A DNA stretch of 64,000 nt. It comes from Fibrobacteria bacterium (GTDB lineage Bacteria; Fibrobacterota; Chitinivibrionia; Chitinivibrionales; FEN-1185). This document shows, one piece after another, positions 27,833 to 37,176 of this stretch. Within the stretch, counting starts at the first letter, position 1. The number at the start of each line of letters is the position of its first letter. The DNA lies in NCBI GenBank assembly GCA_037447435.1, contig JBBIGR010000014.1, positions 21,305-85,304 on the forward strand. Reading direction: 5' to 3'. The notes beneath the pieces were generated by a model, which was not told the DNA's origin, made no database searches, and saw only the letters and a program-made list of their open reading frames with translations. Made by a program: the position numbers and the translations under genes.

Positions 27833-28552
27833 ATGATGAAAACTACTATGAATTCGTTTTCCGGATTTTCGAGAAAAACTCTTACGTTCCTTTCGCAAAA
27901 CCATCGGAAAAACAGTAAATCCTGGTTTGAAGCTCATCGGGACGACTATCAAAACTTTGTTCTAACCCCATTTCGGGCTCTATCGGATTCGTTGGCAATG
28001 ATCGTTGGCCAGATAGACGAGGAAATTGAAACCCGATCACAACGCACCGTGTCCCGGATTTACCGGGATACCCGTTTTTCTAAAGACAAATCGCTGTACA
28101 AAAAAGCTCTCTGGATAACATTTAAAAGATCAATAGACGATTGGCCGGATTTTCCGGCTTTCTTTTTTGAACTATCGCCGACATCGTATTGTTTTGGAAT
28201 GGGGTTTTACGCAGCCTCGCGAGACACAATGGATAAAATCCGCACCTTACTCGAAAAAAAGCCGAAAATCATTCTCACGCAATTATCGGCCTTGAAAAAA
28301 CTTCATGGGTTCGAATTAGAGGGTGATGAATACAAACGGATAATAAACCCTGCAATACCCGGCGGCATCATGTCTTTATATCAAAAGAAAAACATTTATC
28401 TGATCAAAAACAGCACAATCAATGAAAACGTTTTTTCGGAATCGTTATTGTCAGAAATAGGTAACGGTTTCGGCGCATTAGGATCCTTATACCACCTATT
28501 TGCAGATCTTCATTCAAAAGACATCGATAAAATTATTATCGCCGACAGTTAA
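27833..28552 (+). CDS. DUF2461 (TIGR02453) family protein
   Basis: FLSQNHRKNSKSWFEAHRDDYQNFVLTPF and IYRDTRFSKDKSLYKK match the conserved blocks of this family. Confidence 0.7.
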   Translation: MMKTTMNSFSGFSRKTLTFLSQNHRKNSKSWFEAHRDDYQNFVLTPFRALSDSLAMIVGQIDEEIETRSQRTVSRIYRDTRFSKDKSLYKKALWITFKRSIDDWPDFPAFFFELSPTSYCFGMGFYAASRDTMDKIRTLLEKKPKIILTQLSALKKLHGFELEGDEYKRIINPAIPGGIMSLYQKKNIYLIKNSTINENVFSESLLSEIGNGFGALGSLYHLFADLHSKDIDKIIIADS

Positions 28553-28585
28553 ACCAGGCTAACCGCCAAAAAAACCAAAGTAAAG

Positions 28586-28613
28586 ACGGGCATTTAAATA
28601 AACGCCCGTTTTT
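28586..28613 (+). terminator. Terminator hairpin after the DUF2461 gene
   Basis: ACGGGC-12 nt-GCCCGT followed by TTTT. The stem is modest. Confidence 0.55.
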
Positions 28614-28641
28614 ACTTTTCAAGAACCAGTTGCGATACACA

Positions 28642-31482
28642 TCATTTCGAATTAACAAAAGATACTACCGCATCGTCTTTTCCGCCGAATTTCACATACT
28701 TCTTGTAAAAATCTTTTGCCTTATCCTGATTCTTAAGATCGTAAAAGTAAATATCGCCGATGTCCTTATAGGCAATAAAGAATTTCTTTTCGTCGTCCCG
28801 ACCCCGAACGGACTTTTTGTACGCATCGATGGCGTCTTCGAATTTGAGCACAAGCTTAAGTTCGCGGGCAAGCCCATACGCCAATGACGCGCTCTTCGGA
28901 TACACTTCAAGTCCGCGTTTAAAAGCGGATATTGCCTGGTCATGAAGTTGCTGCATGCTCAATACCCTGCCTAAAAGTCCAAACACTTCGGGTTGGCGAG
29001 GTGCTTTGCGCGCAACTTCTGCGTATAATTCGAATGCTGCCTGGTATTGAGATATCCCTTCATACGCTTTGCCCATTCCAAGGATAAAATCGACATTATG
29101 GGGTGAAGAGCCAAGGGCACGGCCAAAACTTTCAATCGCCTTGTCATATTGCTTTTTTGAGAGATTTACTCTTCCTGCACCTGCATGGGCAAGCGAATTT
29201 TCGGGCATGAGCGTGGAGGCAACGGTAAACGAAATGATTGCTTCATCCTGCCGATCTTCCAGTTCCGCAATTTCACCGTTCATCAGGTGTGCCCATCCGC
29301 TCTTTTTGTTTGATGCATATTGAGAATACATGGTTTTTGCCTTATCCTTCATCCCCATGCGCAAGTACACGGAACAAAGACGATATACCAATTCCTCGTT
29401 TTTGGAATTACCTGAAAAAACTTTTTCATAAATCATGGCGGCCCGTTCGTAATCGCCGAGCAAAAACAACGCTTTTCCCAAACCTATCGCGGCTGGCTCG
29501 CTAAACGTGCCGAAAGCAAGGGACTGATTGTAGAATTTAACGGCCAAATCATATTCTCCGTTGTCTAAATAAATATCGGCAAGATATTTATAACAAGAAG
29601 CACAGGACTTGCTCTTGACAATTGCCTTCAGAAGCAAGTCTTTGGCGGTTTCAAAATCGCCCGCCTCTTTATATAAAATCCCTGCCCATTGAATTATTTC
29701 GAACGACGAAGAATCGCGGGACAAAGCGCGCTTTATGTAATCGAATGCGACATCGCGTCGCCCAATGGAATTGGCCACCTGCGCAAATTGGACCAAAAAG
29801 ACGGTATTAAAAGGATCAAGGCGCGCGGCGACTCCAAGATGTTCGTACGCGCTGTCTTTGTCTCCTATCGATAGCAGCAACTTGCCATATTCATATCTGC
29901 AATTTGCGTTTTGCGGATCAATGCCGATCGACTGAGACAAAAGCGGCTTTGCAGTTGCGATTTGCTTCTTCGCGGCATATAATTTTCCGAATTCATAGAG
30001 TATTTCCGCATTACCCGATTCCAGTGAATAGGCTTTTCGCAGCTGTAAAAACCGCCCGTTATCGTTCCCGTTCTTTTCGTAAGCCCTCGCAAGTAACAGA
30101 TGCGACATCGCAACGGTGCTGTCGAGATTATTGACGTTTTCCAGCACGGCAATCGCGTCGCGCCATTTTTGATCGGCCAGGTAAATTTGGGCTAAATCTA
30201 TTTGCGCTTTGACATTTCTCGGATCCGCTATTGTCCATTCCTTGATAACGCTCAGCAGTTTCTTGCTGTCGTTTTCTATGCTGTAACATGACGCAAGCAA
30301 TGAAAGAATACGAACATTTCCTTTCATTTGGGCACGGCATTTTTCCAACGATTCAATAGCCTCCTTTGGTTGATTGTTTTTAATCAGGCATTCACCGAGC
30401 AATGAAAGGCATTCGAAATTTTTAGGCATCATTTCAATTGATTTCTGCAAAACGACGACAGCGTCATTAAAGTGCTCTTGGGAGTAATACACGCTACCCA
30501 ATTCACACCACGCAGCGGAATCGGTCGGCATTTTCTCCAGATATTTTTTGTATTGGTTTACCGCGGCAACCCTGTTGGCCTGAGCGGCAAGGCATTGACC
30601 GAGCATTTTCGACATTATGGGTTTTGCATCGGGAAGCAAGAGAGCTTTATCGAGCAAAACTTCGGCCTTGTGCCAGTTGCGTTCTGCAATGTAAATACCG
30701 GCCAAACGTTCGAAATTCCGGATATCGTTCGGATAATCGCTGATGTTCTTTTCAAAAGCCCGTATCGCCTTTTGCGTTTGAGACGATAATTCGAAGAGTT
30801 TTGCATAATTATAGAGATACTCCTGCTTTTTCGCCGAGGTCGCCATAGTCATGAGCTTGTCATATGCGGCAATCGCCTTTTTATAATCCCCCATTTTTTC
30901 ACTTGCAAATGCAGCCAGTTCCAACGCTCTACGGTTTTTCGCGAACTTCGCATCCGAATAGAGCGCAAGAACTTCATCGTAAGCGCCAAGCGCATTTTGG
31001 GATTCCATCACCATGAGGGTCAATCCGTCCTGAGCAGCTAAAAGATTCGATATATTTTGAGCAAGTTCAGCCACTTTGGCATGATTTTTTTTAGCGGAAT
31101 AAGCAGCTATCATTTTTGCGATGATTTGCGGCGAGGGATGTTGCTTCGTGCAATAGAGCTCGAACGCTGCAATGGCTTTGTCGGTACATACCGAGCGCAT
31201 AAACCCTTCCCCGGCCTTAATAAGCCAATCCTTATTCGAATCATTATCCAATTCATATAATTTCATACATGTTTCAGCTGCGATGCTGTCTTGGCCGGCC
31301 TTGAACTGATCTTGTGCGGTGCGAATCATATCGGTACTTAATTTTGTAACCGTTGATTGCATTGTCGGATTTGCCGAAGCATTATCCTGGGTGTCAAACT
31401 TTATATGTGTTTTACCATAGCTGGGTATCGCAAACCCGATTGCAGCGCAGATGATGATGGTTTTCAGTTTTGTGTTTTTCAT
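28642..31482 (-). CDS. Large tetratricopeptide-repeat (TPR) protein, exported
   Basis: Dozens of TPR-like 34-mers (A..Y....G.Y..A...Y..AL) run across ~940 aa. I prefer the start at 31482 (MKNTKLKTIIICAAIGFAIPSYG signal), preceded by GAGGAGGAAAGT. Confidence 0.85.
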   Translation of the reverse strand: MKNTKLKTIIICAAIGFAIPSYGKTHIKFDTQDNASANPTMQSTVTKLSTDMIRTAQDQFKAGQDSIAAETCMKLYELDNDSNKDWLIKAGEGFMRSVCTDKAIAAFELYCTKQHPSPQIIAKMIAAYSAKKNHAKVAELAQNISNLLAAQDGLTLMVMESQNALGAYDEVLALYSDAKFAKNRRALELAAFASEKMGDYKKAIAAYDKLMTMATSAKKQEYLYNYAKLFELSSQTQKAIRAFEKNISDYPNDIRNFERLAGIYIAERNWHKAEVLLDKALLLPDAKPIMSKMLGQCLAAQANRVAAVNQYKKYLEKMPTDSAAWCELGSVYYSQEHFNDAVVVLQKSIEMMPKNFECLSLLGECLIKNNQPKEAIESLEKCRAQMKGNVRILSLLASCYSIENDSKKLLSVIKEWTIADPRNVKAQIDLAQIYLADQKWRDAIAVLENVNNLDSTVAMSHLLLARAYEKNGNDNGRFLQLRKAYSLESGNAEILYEFGKLYAAKKQIATAKPLLSQSIGIDPQNANCRYEYGKLLLSIGDKDSAYEHLGVAARLDPFNTVFLVQFAQVANSIGRRDVAFDYIKRALSRDSSSFEIIQWAGILYKEAGDFETAKDLLLKAIVKSKSCASCYKYLADIYLDNGEYDLAVKFYNQSLAFGTFSEPAAIGLGKALFLLGDYERAAMIYEKVFSGNSKNEELVYRLCSVYLRMGMKDKAKTMYSQYASNKKSGWAHLMNGEIAELEDRQDEAIISFTVASTLMPENSLAHAGAGRVNLSKKQYDKAIESFGRALGSSPHNVDFILGMGKAYEGISQYQAAFELYAEVARKAPRQPEVFGLLGRVLSMQQLHDQAISAFKRGLEVYPKSASLAYGLARELKLVLKFEDAIDAYKKSVRGRDDEKKFFIAYKDIGDIYFYDLKNQDKAKDFYKKYVKFGGKDDAVVSFVNSK

Positions 31483-31717
31483 ACTTTCCTCCTCTTGCTT
31501 CGTCTGTATTTTTATTGCTACGTTTTTGTTAAGCGCGTAAATATTAGGGCACAACTCGCCCTTTGATTATTAAAATTGCTCCCTCATTTTATCTGTTCTT
31601 GCCCTCGGTAACCCAATAAAGCATTTTAAAGGCAAGACTATTTCCACCCTTATTATATCATCCACTTTTAAAGAGTACAATAGTTTTTTAATCTTTTTTT
31701 TAGGATTAGTAGAGGCG

Positions 31718-33484
31718 ATGAAAAATAGCGAATCTGTTAATTACTATAATACGGCACAAATACTTAAAAATAATGGTGACTTTTCAAGTGCATTGGAAGC
31801 TTTGGAATCTGCATTAAGAATCAGCCCTGATTTTTTTGAAGCAAGGGTAAATTGTTCCGAAGCGAACAGAATTTTGGGAAATACCGCTCAAGCCATTGAA
31901 AATATGAACGTTGCGCTGACATTAAAACCAGATTTTTTTGAGGGCCACAATGCTATCGGGCTTTTATACCATAGTATTTCTTCATTCGACCATGCCATAG
32001 GCCACTTTAAAAAGGCCGTTTCTATTAATCCGGAATTTGCCGAGGCATTTTATAACTTGGGCAATTGCCATAGAGATACTGAAAATTTTGATGAATCCAT
32101 AGCAGGTTTTAAAGCTGCAATTGCATTAAATCCGCATTTTTTCCAGGCGATCGCAAATTGCGGCGAGGCGATGCAAATTACGGGGATGATTGACCAAGCA
32201 GAGGAATATTTTAAAAAAGCGCTCGATATTAATCCGTCAAGCGACATCGTCATCAGCAATTTGTTGTTGACCCAGAACTATAATCCGGGCTATTCCCAAC
32301 TTCAACTGTTTGAAAACCATAAAAAGTATGCAGCCTTGATTGCACACCGCAATGATAAATTTCCACCCATTTTAAAAAAAATGTGCACGGCGGATAAAAA
32401 ATTACGTATCGGATATGTTTCCGGCGACTTTAGAAACCACCCGGCTTCATATTTTCTAACACCGTTATTTTCATATTGTAATCATGAGGATTTCCGGATT
32501 TATTGCTATAGTAACACACAGGTTCCCGACGCCAAAACCGTTTTTTTCAGGGATCGTTCCGATTCATGGAACTCGATTCGCGACATGACGGATCGGGAAG
32601 CTGCGGAAAAAATCCGGAAAGACGGGATAGACATTCTCGTTGATTTATGCGGACATAGCGCCGACAACAGGCTGGGGATTTTCTGTTTTAAACCCAGCCC
32701 CGTCCAAGTTACCTACCTTGGATACCCGAATTCGACCGGTCTTACGGTTATGGATTATAGATTGACAGACAACATTTGCGATCCGGAGGGCCAGCAATCT
32801 TTTTATACAGAAGCCCTGCGGTATTTGCCGCACTGTTTTTGTAACTATGCGCCGCAGGAAAGGATACAAGCGTCCAGCGAACCGCCGGTAAAGAGAAACA
32901 ATTTCATTACCTTTGGATCCACCCATACGCTGGCACGACTGAACAATCAGGTACTTGACCTTTGGGCAAATATTTTGGAGCGTATCCCTTCTTCACGATT
33001 GCGTATTGTGCGCAATACTTTGAAAGGAAATGCGGCCAAACGCATTAGGGATCGCTTCATAGGTCAGGGAATAACTGCGGATAGAATTTCCCTGGTGCAC
33101 GACATACCTCCTAACGCTCACCTTGATATTTATACTGAAATCGATGTTTTATTGGATACGTTTCCCTGGAGCGGCCACACGTCGGCCTGCGAGGCGCTTT
33201 TTATGGGTGTTCCTGTAATTTCATTGCACGGCGAAAGGTATGCAGGAAACATGGTCAATAGCGTCCTATCGAACATCGGCCTTCCGGAATATATCGCGCA
33301 GTCGAAGGAGGAATATATTCTCAAAGCCGAACGCGCAGCAACGGATAGTTCCTCGCTCATCGATCTGCGATCGACATTGCGAAGAAAAATGCTCGAAAGC
33401 CCTTTATGCGATTCTAAAACCTTTGTAAAGAATATCGAATCCGCTTATCGAAGTATGTGGGAAGCCTACTGCAATGCACTATAG
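31718..33484 (+). CDS. TPR-domain glycosyltransferase, GT41 / SPINDLY-OGT-like
   Basis: N-terminal TPRs (ALRISPDFFEA.., ALTLKPDFFEG.., AVSINPEFAEAFYNLG..). The C-terminal half has KLRIGYVSGDFRNHPASYF, DILVDLCGHSADNRL, VQVTYLGYPNSTG and DTFPWSGHTSACEALFMGVPV, typical of bacterial SPY-type GT41. Confidence 0.75.
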   Translation: MKNSESVNYYNTAQILKNNGDFSSALEALESALRISPDFFEARVNCSEANRILGNTAQAIENMNVALTLKPDFFEGHNAIGLLYHSISSFDHAIGHFKKAVSINPEFAEAFYNLGNCHRDTENFDESIAGFKAAIALNPHFFQAIANCGEAMQITGMIDQAEEYFKKALDINPSSDIVISNLLLTQNYNPGYSQLQLFENHKKYAALIAHRNDKFPPILKKMCTADKKLRIGYVSGDFRNHPASYFLTPLFSYCNHEDFRIYCYSNTQVPDAKTVFFRDRSDSWNSIRDMTDREAAEKIRKDGIDILVDLCGHSADNRLGIFCFKPSPVQVTYLGYPNSTGLTVMDYRLTDNICDPEGQQSFYTEALRYLPHCFCNYAPQERIQASSEPPVKRNNFITFGSTHTLARLNNQVLDLWANILERIPSSRLRIVRNTLKGNAAKRIRDRFIGQGITADRISLVHDIPPNAHLDIYTEIDVLLDTFPWSGHTSACEALFMGVPVISLHGERYAGNMVNSVLSNIGLPEYIAQSKEEYILKAERAATDSSSLIDLRSTLRRKMLESPLCDSKTFVKNIESAYRSMWEAYCNAL

Positions 33485-33502
33485 GTTACGATTTTGCCAA
33501 GT

Positions 33503-34588
33503 TCAGTCACGCTTCGGGGCGAATTTTGAACCGCCATACATTCCCATATCGTTCCGTGAATTGTCTCCATTTTTAAATTCACCGCTCGGGTTTCCGGCGT
33601 GAATGCACGGAGAATATCGGGACAAAGTATAGCGATCGGACGTTTTTTTCCGTTTTTTTGACGCGGTTGAATCGGACAATTCCGTGTGAAGCGACTTGGC
33701 AAGCACCGTGTCTTTGATGCGCGATTTATCGGTGGGTAAAGAAACATCCCGTTCGACTGCCACAGAGTCGAATTCCGAACCGGCAAAAATAGGGTTTTTA
33801 AATAAATTATTCTTGATATCCGTGGAGTCTTTCCGATCATTTTTCTTTTTAAGAATGCCCAGTTCGGGATCACAATCCAGTAAATTGCCGTCGGAATTTC
33901 CATAAACGCAATTATACTCAAACGTTATAGCCGACGTACCGTCGCACCAGAGCCCATTGCTTTTATTAAAGGCAATAATATTGTTTTGAAATACCGGGTT
34001 TGATTGGGAGCTCTTAATACCGAACGTATAATTGGAGGCGATGACATTATTTATGGCAGTTATATTTCCCCGTTGCTGGCAAACAATACCAACATTATTA
34101 TAATCGATTCGACAATGATGGACATTGGGACTGCAATTTAAAACGCTTATCGCATTATACGCGCCGCTAATATCGGCATACCCGAATTCAACACCTTTTT
34201 CGGGTGCATTTTTAAAAACGATACCGTACCATCGCGGCCCGGCTCCCTTTGCTCCTTCCGGCATAAATGAAATACGTTTATCGGCAATCCCGACGCATTC
34301 GAATCCGCCCTGAACAACAATTGAAATCGTGCCGGAATCCAATGCGTCAAGCTGCGGTACCGCCTTGTTGCGCACACGCTCCTTGCCGATGAGAATAGCG
34401 GTCCCCGGCCCGATTGCAAGATGCGCACTTTTACTCACCATAATATCCTGGGTAACCACATACGGTCCCTCTTCGGCAGTCCAGCGCGTATCTTTATTGA
34501 TAATTCCGCCCACTACCGTTTCCGCATCGGTTGCTCCCGGAAAAACAAAAAGCCCCGTGAATAGCACTATAAAAAAGCGGTTCTTCAT
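33503..34588 (-). CDS. Secreted right-handed parallel beta-helix repeat protein
   Basis: Signal peptide and PbH1-like repeats (CSPNVHHCRIDYNNVGIVC.., NNVIASNYTFGI.., NNIIAFNKSNGLWC..). C-terminus SPCIHAGNP...DMGMYGG. ATGA overlap with the upstream regulator gene. Confidence 0.65.
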   Translation of the reverse strand: MKNRFFIVLFTGLFVFPGATDAETVVGGIINKDTRWTAEEGPYVVTQDIMVSKSAHLAIGPGTAILIGKERVRNKAVPQLDALDSGTISIVVQGGFECVGIADKRISFMPEGAKGAGPRWYGIVFKNAPEKGVEFGYADISGAYNAISVLNCSPNVHHCRIDYNNVGIVCQQRGNITAINNVIASNYTFGIKSSQSNPVFQNNIIAFNKSNGLWCDGTSAITFEYNCVYGNSDGNLLDCDPELGILKKKNDRKDSTDIKNNLFKNPIFAGSEFDSVAVERDVSLPTDKSRIKDTVLAKSLHTELSDSTASKKRKKTSDRYTLSRYSPCIHAGNPSGEFKNGDNSRNDMGMYGGSKFAPKRD

Positions 34589-35547
34589 TCTGTTTCCACC
34601 AAATCTTTGTAAGCGTAATACAGCAAATACTTTTCGTATGTCGGAACAGTAATAAAAAACTGATATCCTTCTATCGGATGAGCATCCGGTTTTGCCGCTT
34701 GTACCTTTACATACGTTAAAATTTCGGAATCCTTGAATTCCGTCAGCACCCTGACATGATCGCGCTCGATTTTCGCCTGAGAACAGGCGGAAATCATGTC
34801 TGCATTCGATATTTCGCTCTTAATTTCGGTTCCGCCTTTTTGTAGTGCAACAAAATTCCCAAGCGAAAAGATAAGCGCAATTGCCTCGGAAGAAAATCCG
34901 GGGATTTTTTCATACGCTTTTTTAAAAACCATTCGTAAATAATCGCAGAAGCCCGACAGCTTGGTTCCGTCCAGTAGAATTATCCTTCCCTCTTTTACCT
35001 CTATGATGCCGTTTGTTTGCAACACATCGAGCAAATGCATAATGCAACGATTATTGACGGTCAAAAGTTGAGACAATTCGCACGTCGTATGAGCGAGATC
35101 CAATTCTCTGAAAGAAGCGGTGCCCGTCGCCGAACCGTGACGCAGAAAATAATAGTGCAACGCTATAATTGTATGTAAACAATGATTCTTGGTTTGAATG
35201 GATTCCAGCCGCGAATTCGCTTTTCGTATTTTTTCGCTGGTCGTTCTAATCATCGACATAAACCAGGCCGGGACACCGCTTATTTTTTTAAGAAACGTGT
35301 CTGCGTCGATCACGATAACGGCTGTCTCTTTAATCGCAAGAGCCGAAGCACTACGCGGCTTACCGTCTATAAGCGCCATTTCGCCGAAAACCGAACCTTT
35401 TGCAAGTTTTGTAAGTTCGACATCTTTTGTACCGATTTTGCGATATATCTTTATCATACCGGATTGAACAATATACAATTCCTGGGAATGGTCGTTCTCA
35501 TGGAAAAGATGGGTTCCGGGTTTGAATGTCTTGGCAAAAGGTTGCAT
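34585..35547 (-). CDS. Cyclic nucleotide-binding domain regulator (Crp/Fnr-like, extended)
   Basis: cNMP-binding signature FGEMALIDGKPRSASALA, followed by a wHTH-like ELSQLLTVNNRCIMHLLDVLQTNGIIEVKEGRIILLD, plus ~120 extra C-terminal residues. Confidence 0.8.
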   Translation of the reverse strand: MQPFAKTFKPGTHLFHENDHSQELYIVQSGMIKIYRKIGTKDVELTKLAKGSVFGEMALIDGKPRSASALAIKETAVIVIDADTFLKKISGVPAWFMSMIRTTSEKIRKANSRLESIQTKNHCLHTIIALHYYFLRHGSATGTASFRELDLAHTTCELSQLLTVNNRCIMHLLDVLQTNGIIEVKEGRIILLDGTKLSGFCDYLRMVFKKAYEKIPGFSSEAIALIFSLGNFVALQKGGTEIKSEISNADMISACSQAKIERDHVRVLTEFKDSEILTYVKVQAAKPDAHPIEGYQFFITVPTYEKYLLYYAYKDLVETE

Positions 35548-35631
35548 AGTTTTTTTAACGACAGGAATTATTTTAAAATTTCCCTTTTAATTGTACGTTT
35601 CACGCTTTGTAAAATCAAGGAGAATACTTCG

Positions 35632-36447
35632 TTGCGTCCCATTACGTTTTCAATTGTTTTCGCACTAATCATAACACTATCGGGCGGATGCTCCCGGAAT
35701 AAAGAAGTTGCATTGACCGTGGATTTTTCGGGGAAACGGCAATTCCGTTATTGTATTGATGCCGTTGTTCGCGGATCAATAGCCTCGATCGACACGCAGC
35801 GCTCTTTTCAAAGCGCCGCAATGTGTACGCTCATTTGCTCGGGAGACGGCAAAAACAGAACAATGTTTCATGCCACCGTGCCGTATGCAAAATTTAGCTC
35901 CACAATTCTCGGGGAAGACGAAATCAACAACCTGACGCAACAAGCGCGTGACGTAAAACTCACTTGCGCTTTGGACAATGCAACCATTGTTCCCGATGAT
36001 TCCATGGATTTGCCGCTTATACGAATCGGCGAATGGGATGTCTTTACCGATCTTATAAAGGCGATTCCTGCTTTGCCTAAAACAAAAGTGAAAAAAGGCG
36101 CTTCGTGGGACAGAGAAAAAATCATCCCGCTTGACACTAAACAGGGAAAAGCAACGGGGCACTTATACCAATCCTTTAAACTCGATAGTATTTCATATCC
36201 GGCAAATAAATTCCTGATCGCCTATATTTCATGGAACTTCACCTATCAAATCGAACTTCACGAACGCGATTCCTTAAAAATCCTGGACCGGATGCCCTCT
36301 CGCGGTATCGGACAGGGGCAAGCCGCGGTGGATATAAGCAACAAAAGGCTTGAATATGCAAAAGCGAGTTTTTCGGTGCCTCAAGCGAGCGAAGGATTGT
36401 ACAAAATATCCTGGAATGAATCTATTTCCCTGAAGTATGTCCCATGA
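35632..36447 (+). CDS. Hypothetical exported protein / probable lipoprotein
   Basis: A TTG start at 35632 is preceded by AAGGAG with 9-nt spacing. It gives (M)RPITFSIVFALIITLSGGCSRNKE, a signal peptide with Cys. The ORF-track start 35182 would overlap the divergent regulator by 366 nt. Confidence 0.55.
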   Translation: MRPITFSIVFALIITLSGGCSRNKEVALTVDFSGKRQFRYCIDAVVRGSIASIDTQRSFQSAAMCTLICSGDGKNRTMFHATVPYAKFSSTILGEDEINNLTQQARDVKLTCALDNATIVPDDSMDLPLIRIGEWDVFTDLIKAIPALPKTKVKKGASWDREKIIPLDTKQGKATGHLYQSFKLDSISYPANKFLIAYISWNFTYQIELHERDSLKILDRMPSRGIGQGQAAVDISNKRLEYAKASFSVPQASEGLYKISWNESISLKYVP

Positions 36448-37136
36448 AATTTTTACTTTTCTTTTTATCCATAGCGGCATTCTCAAACGTCGTACGTGCC
36501 CAAAACGATAAATTCGTCATTAATAAAGACACAATTCTTTCATCGAGTTTTGAAGTTCCCGACAGCATGACCTGTTCGATTTCGCCCGGAGTCACGATTA
36601 AATTCAATTGCTATGGAAAATTTATCGTGCGGGGCCTGCTCATTGCCCAAGGCACTTCACAAAAACCGATTACCTTTACCTGTATCGACCGTGCGCATGG
36701 TGCGGAAAAACCTCCCTGTTGGTACGGTTTGTTCGTTATGGGAAAATCGTCCCATGCCGATATGCGTAATTGTCGATTCGAAGGAATGTATCGTGCGCTT
36801 ATTTACGAGTCGCGCCCACTATTCGATTCTTGCGAATTTGCAGGGAATCATTGCGGACTCTATTGCACAAAAAAAGCCGCGCCACTCGTGCGTAATTGCC
36901 GGTTCTACAGAAATATATACGGCATTGTGTCCGACTTTTCGGCACCCTTGCTTGCCAACAATATCATTTCGGAAAACACCATCGGAATAGATTTACAAGT
37001 AGGTTCGATGCCCCTTGCGGGTCCAAATACAATTTTTGGAAACCAAACAAATATCAAGACGGAAGCCGCACTCAAAGGTGACAGTACTGCCTTGCCTGCT
37101 CGATATTTGTGGGAACTTATGAACGAATTATTTTAA
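36444..37136 (+). CDS. Secreted right-handed beta-helix repeat protein (paralog of 33503-34588)
   Basis: Signal peptide MKFLLFFLSIAAFSNVVRA. It shares the N-terminal INKDT...PG..I.F pattern and has PbH1-like repeats (MRNCRFEG.., FDSCEFAGNHCGLYC.., VRNCRFYRNIYGI.., NNIISENTIGI). ATGA overlap with the lipoprotein gene. Confidence 0.6.
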   Translation: MKFLLFFLSIAAFSNVVRAQNDKFVINKDTILSSSFEVPDSMTCSISPGVTIKFNCYGKFIVRGLLIAQGTSQKPITFTCIDRAHGAEKPPCWYGLFVMGKSSHADMRNCRFEGMYRALIYESRPLFDSCEFAGNHCGLYCTKKAAPLVRNCRFYRNIYGIVSDFSAPLLANNIISENTIGIDLQVGSMPLAGPNTIFGNQTNIKTEAALKGDSTALPARYLWELMNELF

Positions 37137-37176
37137 TTGGGTTACGGCTTAATTCTCTTTTACAAGGAGGTTTCGC

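Noticed and set aside
33466-33921. 151-aa alternative-frame ORF overlapping the 3' end of the beta-helix gene.
   Set aside because: It is on the same strand in a different frame from a longer ORF with signal peptide and repeats. It has no independent support.
35570-35579. ATTTTAAAAT palindrome in the divergent control region of the cNMP/beta-helix module, considered as a Crp-type site.
   Set aside because: It is pure A/T, only 10 bp, does not extend, and does not resemble TGTGA-N6-TCACA. It is expected by chance in AT-rich DNA.
35182-35631. 5' part of the 421-aa ORF on the + strand.
   Set aside because: It overlaps the cNMP-regulator gene on the opposite strand and shows no protein-like motifs. 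An in-frame TTG at 35632 with a good RBS yields a proper signal peptide.
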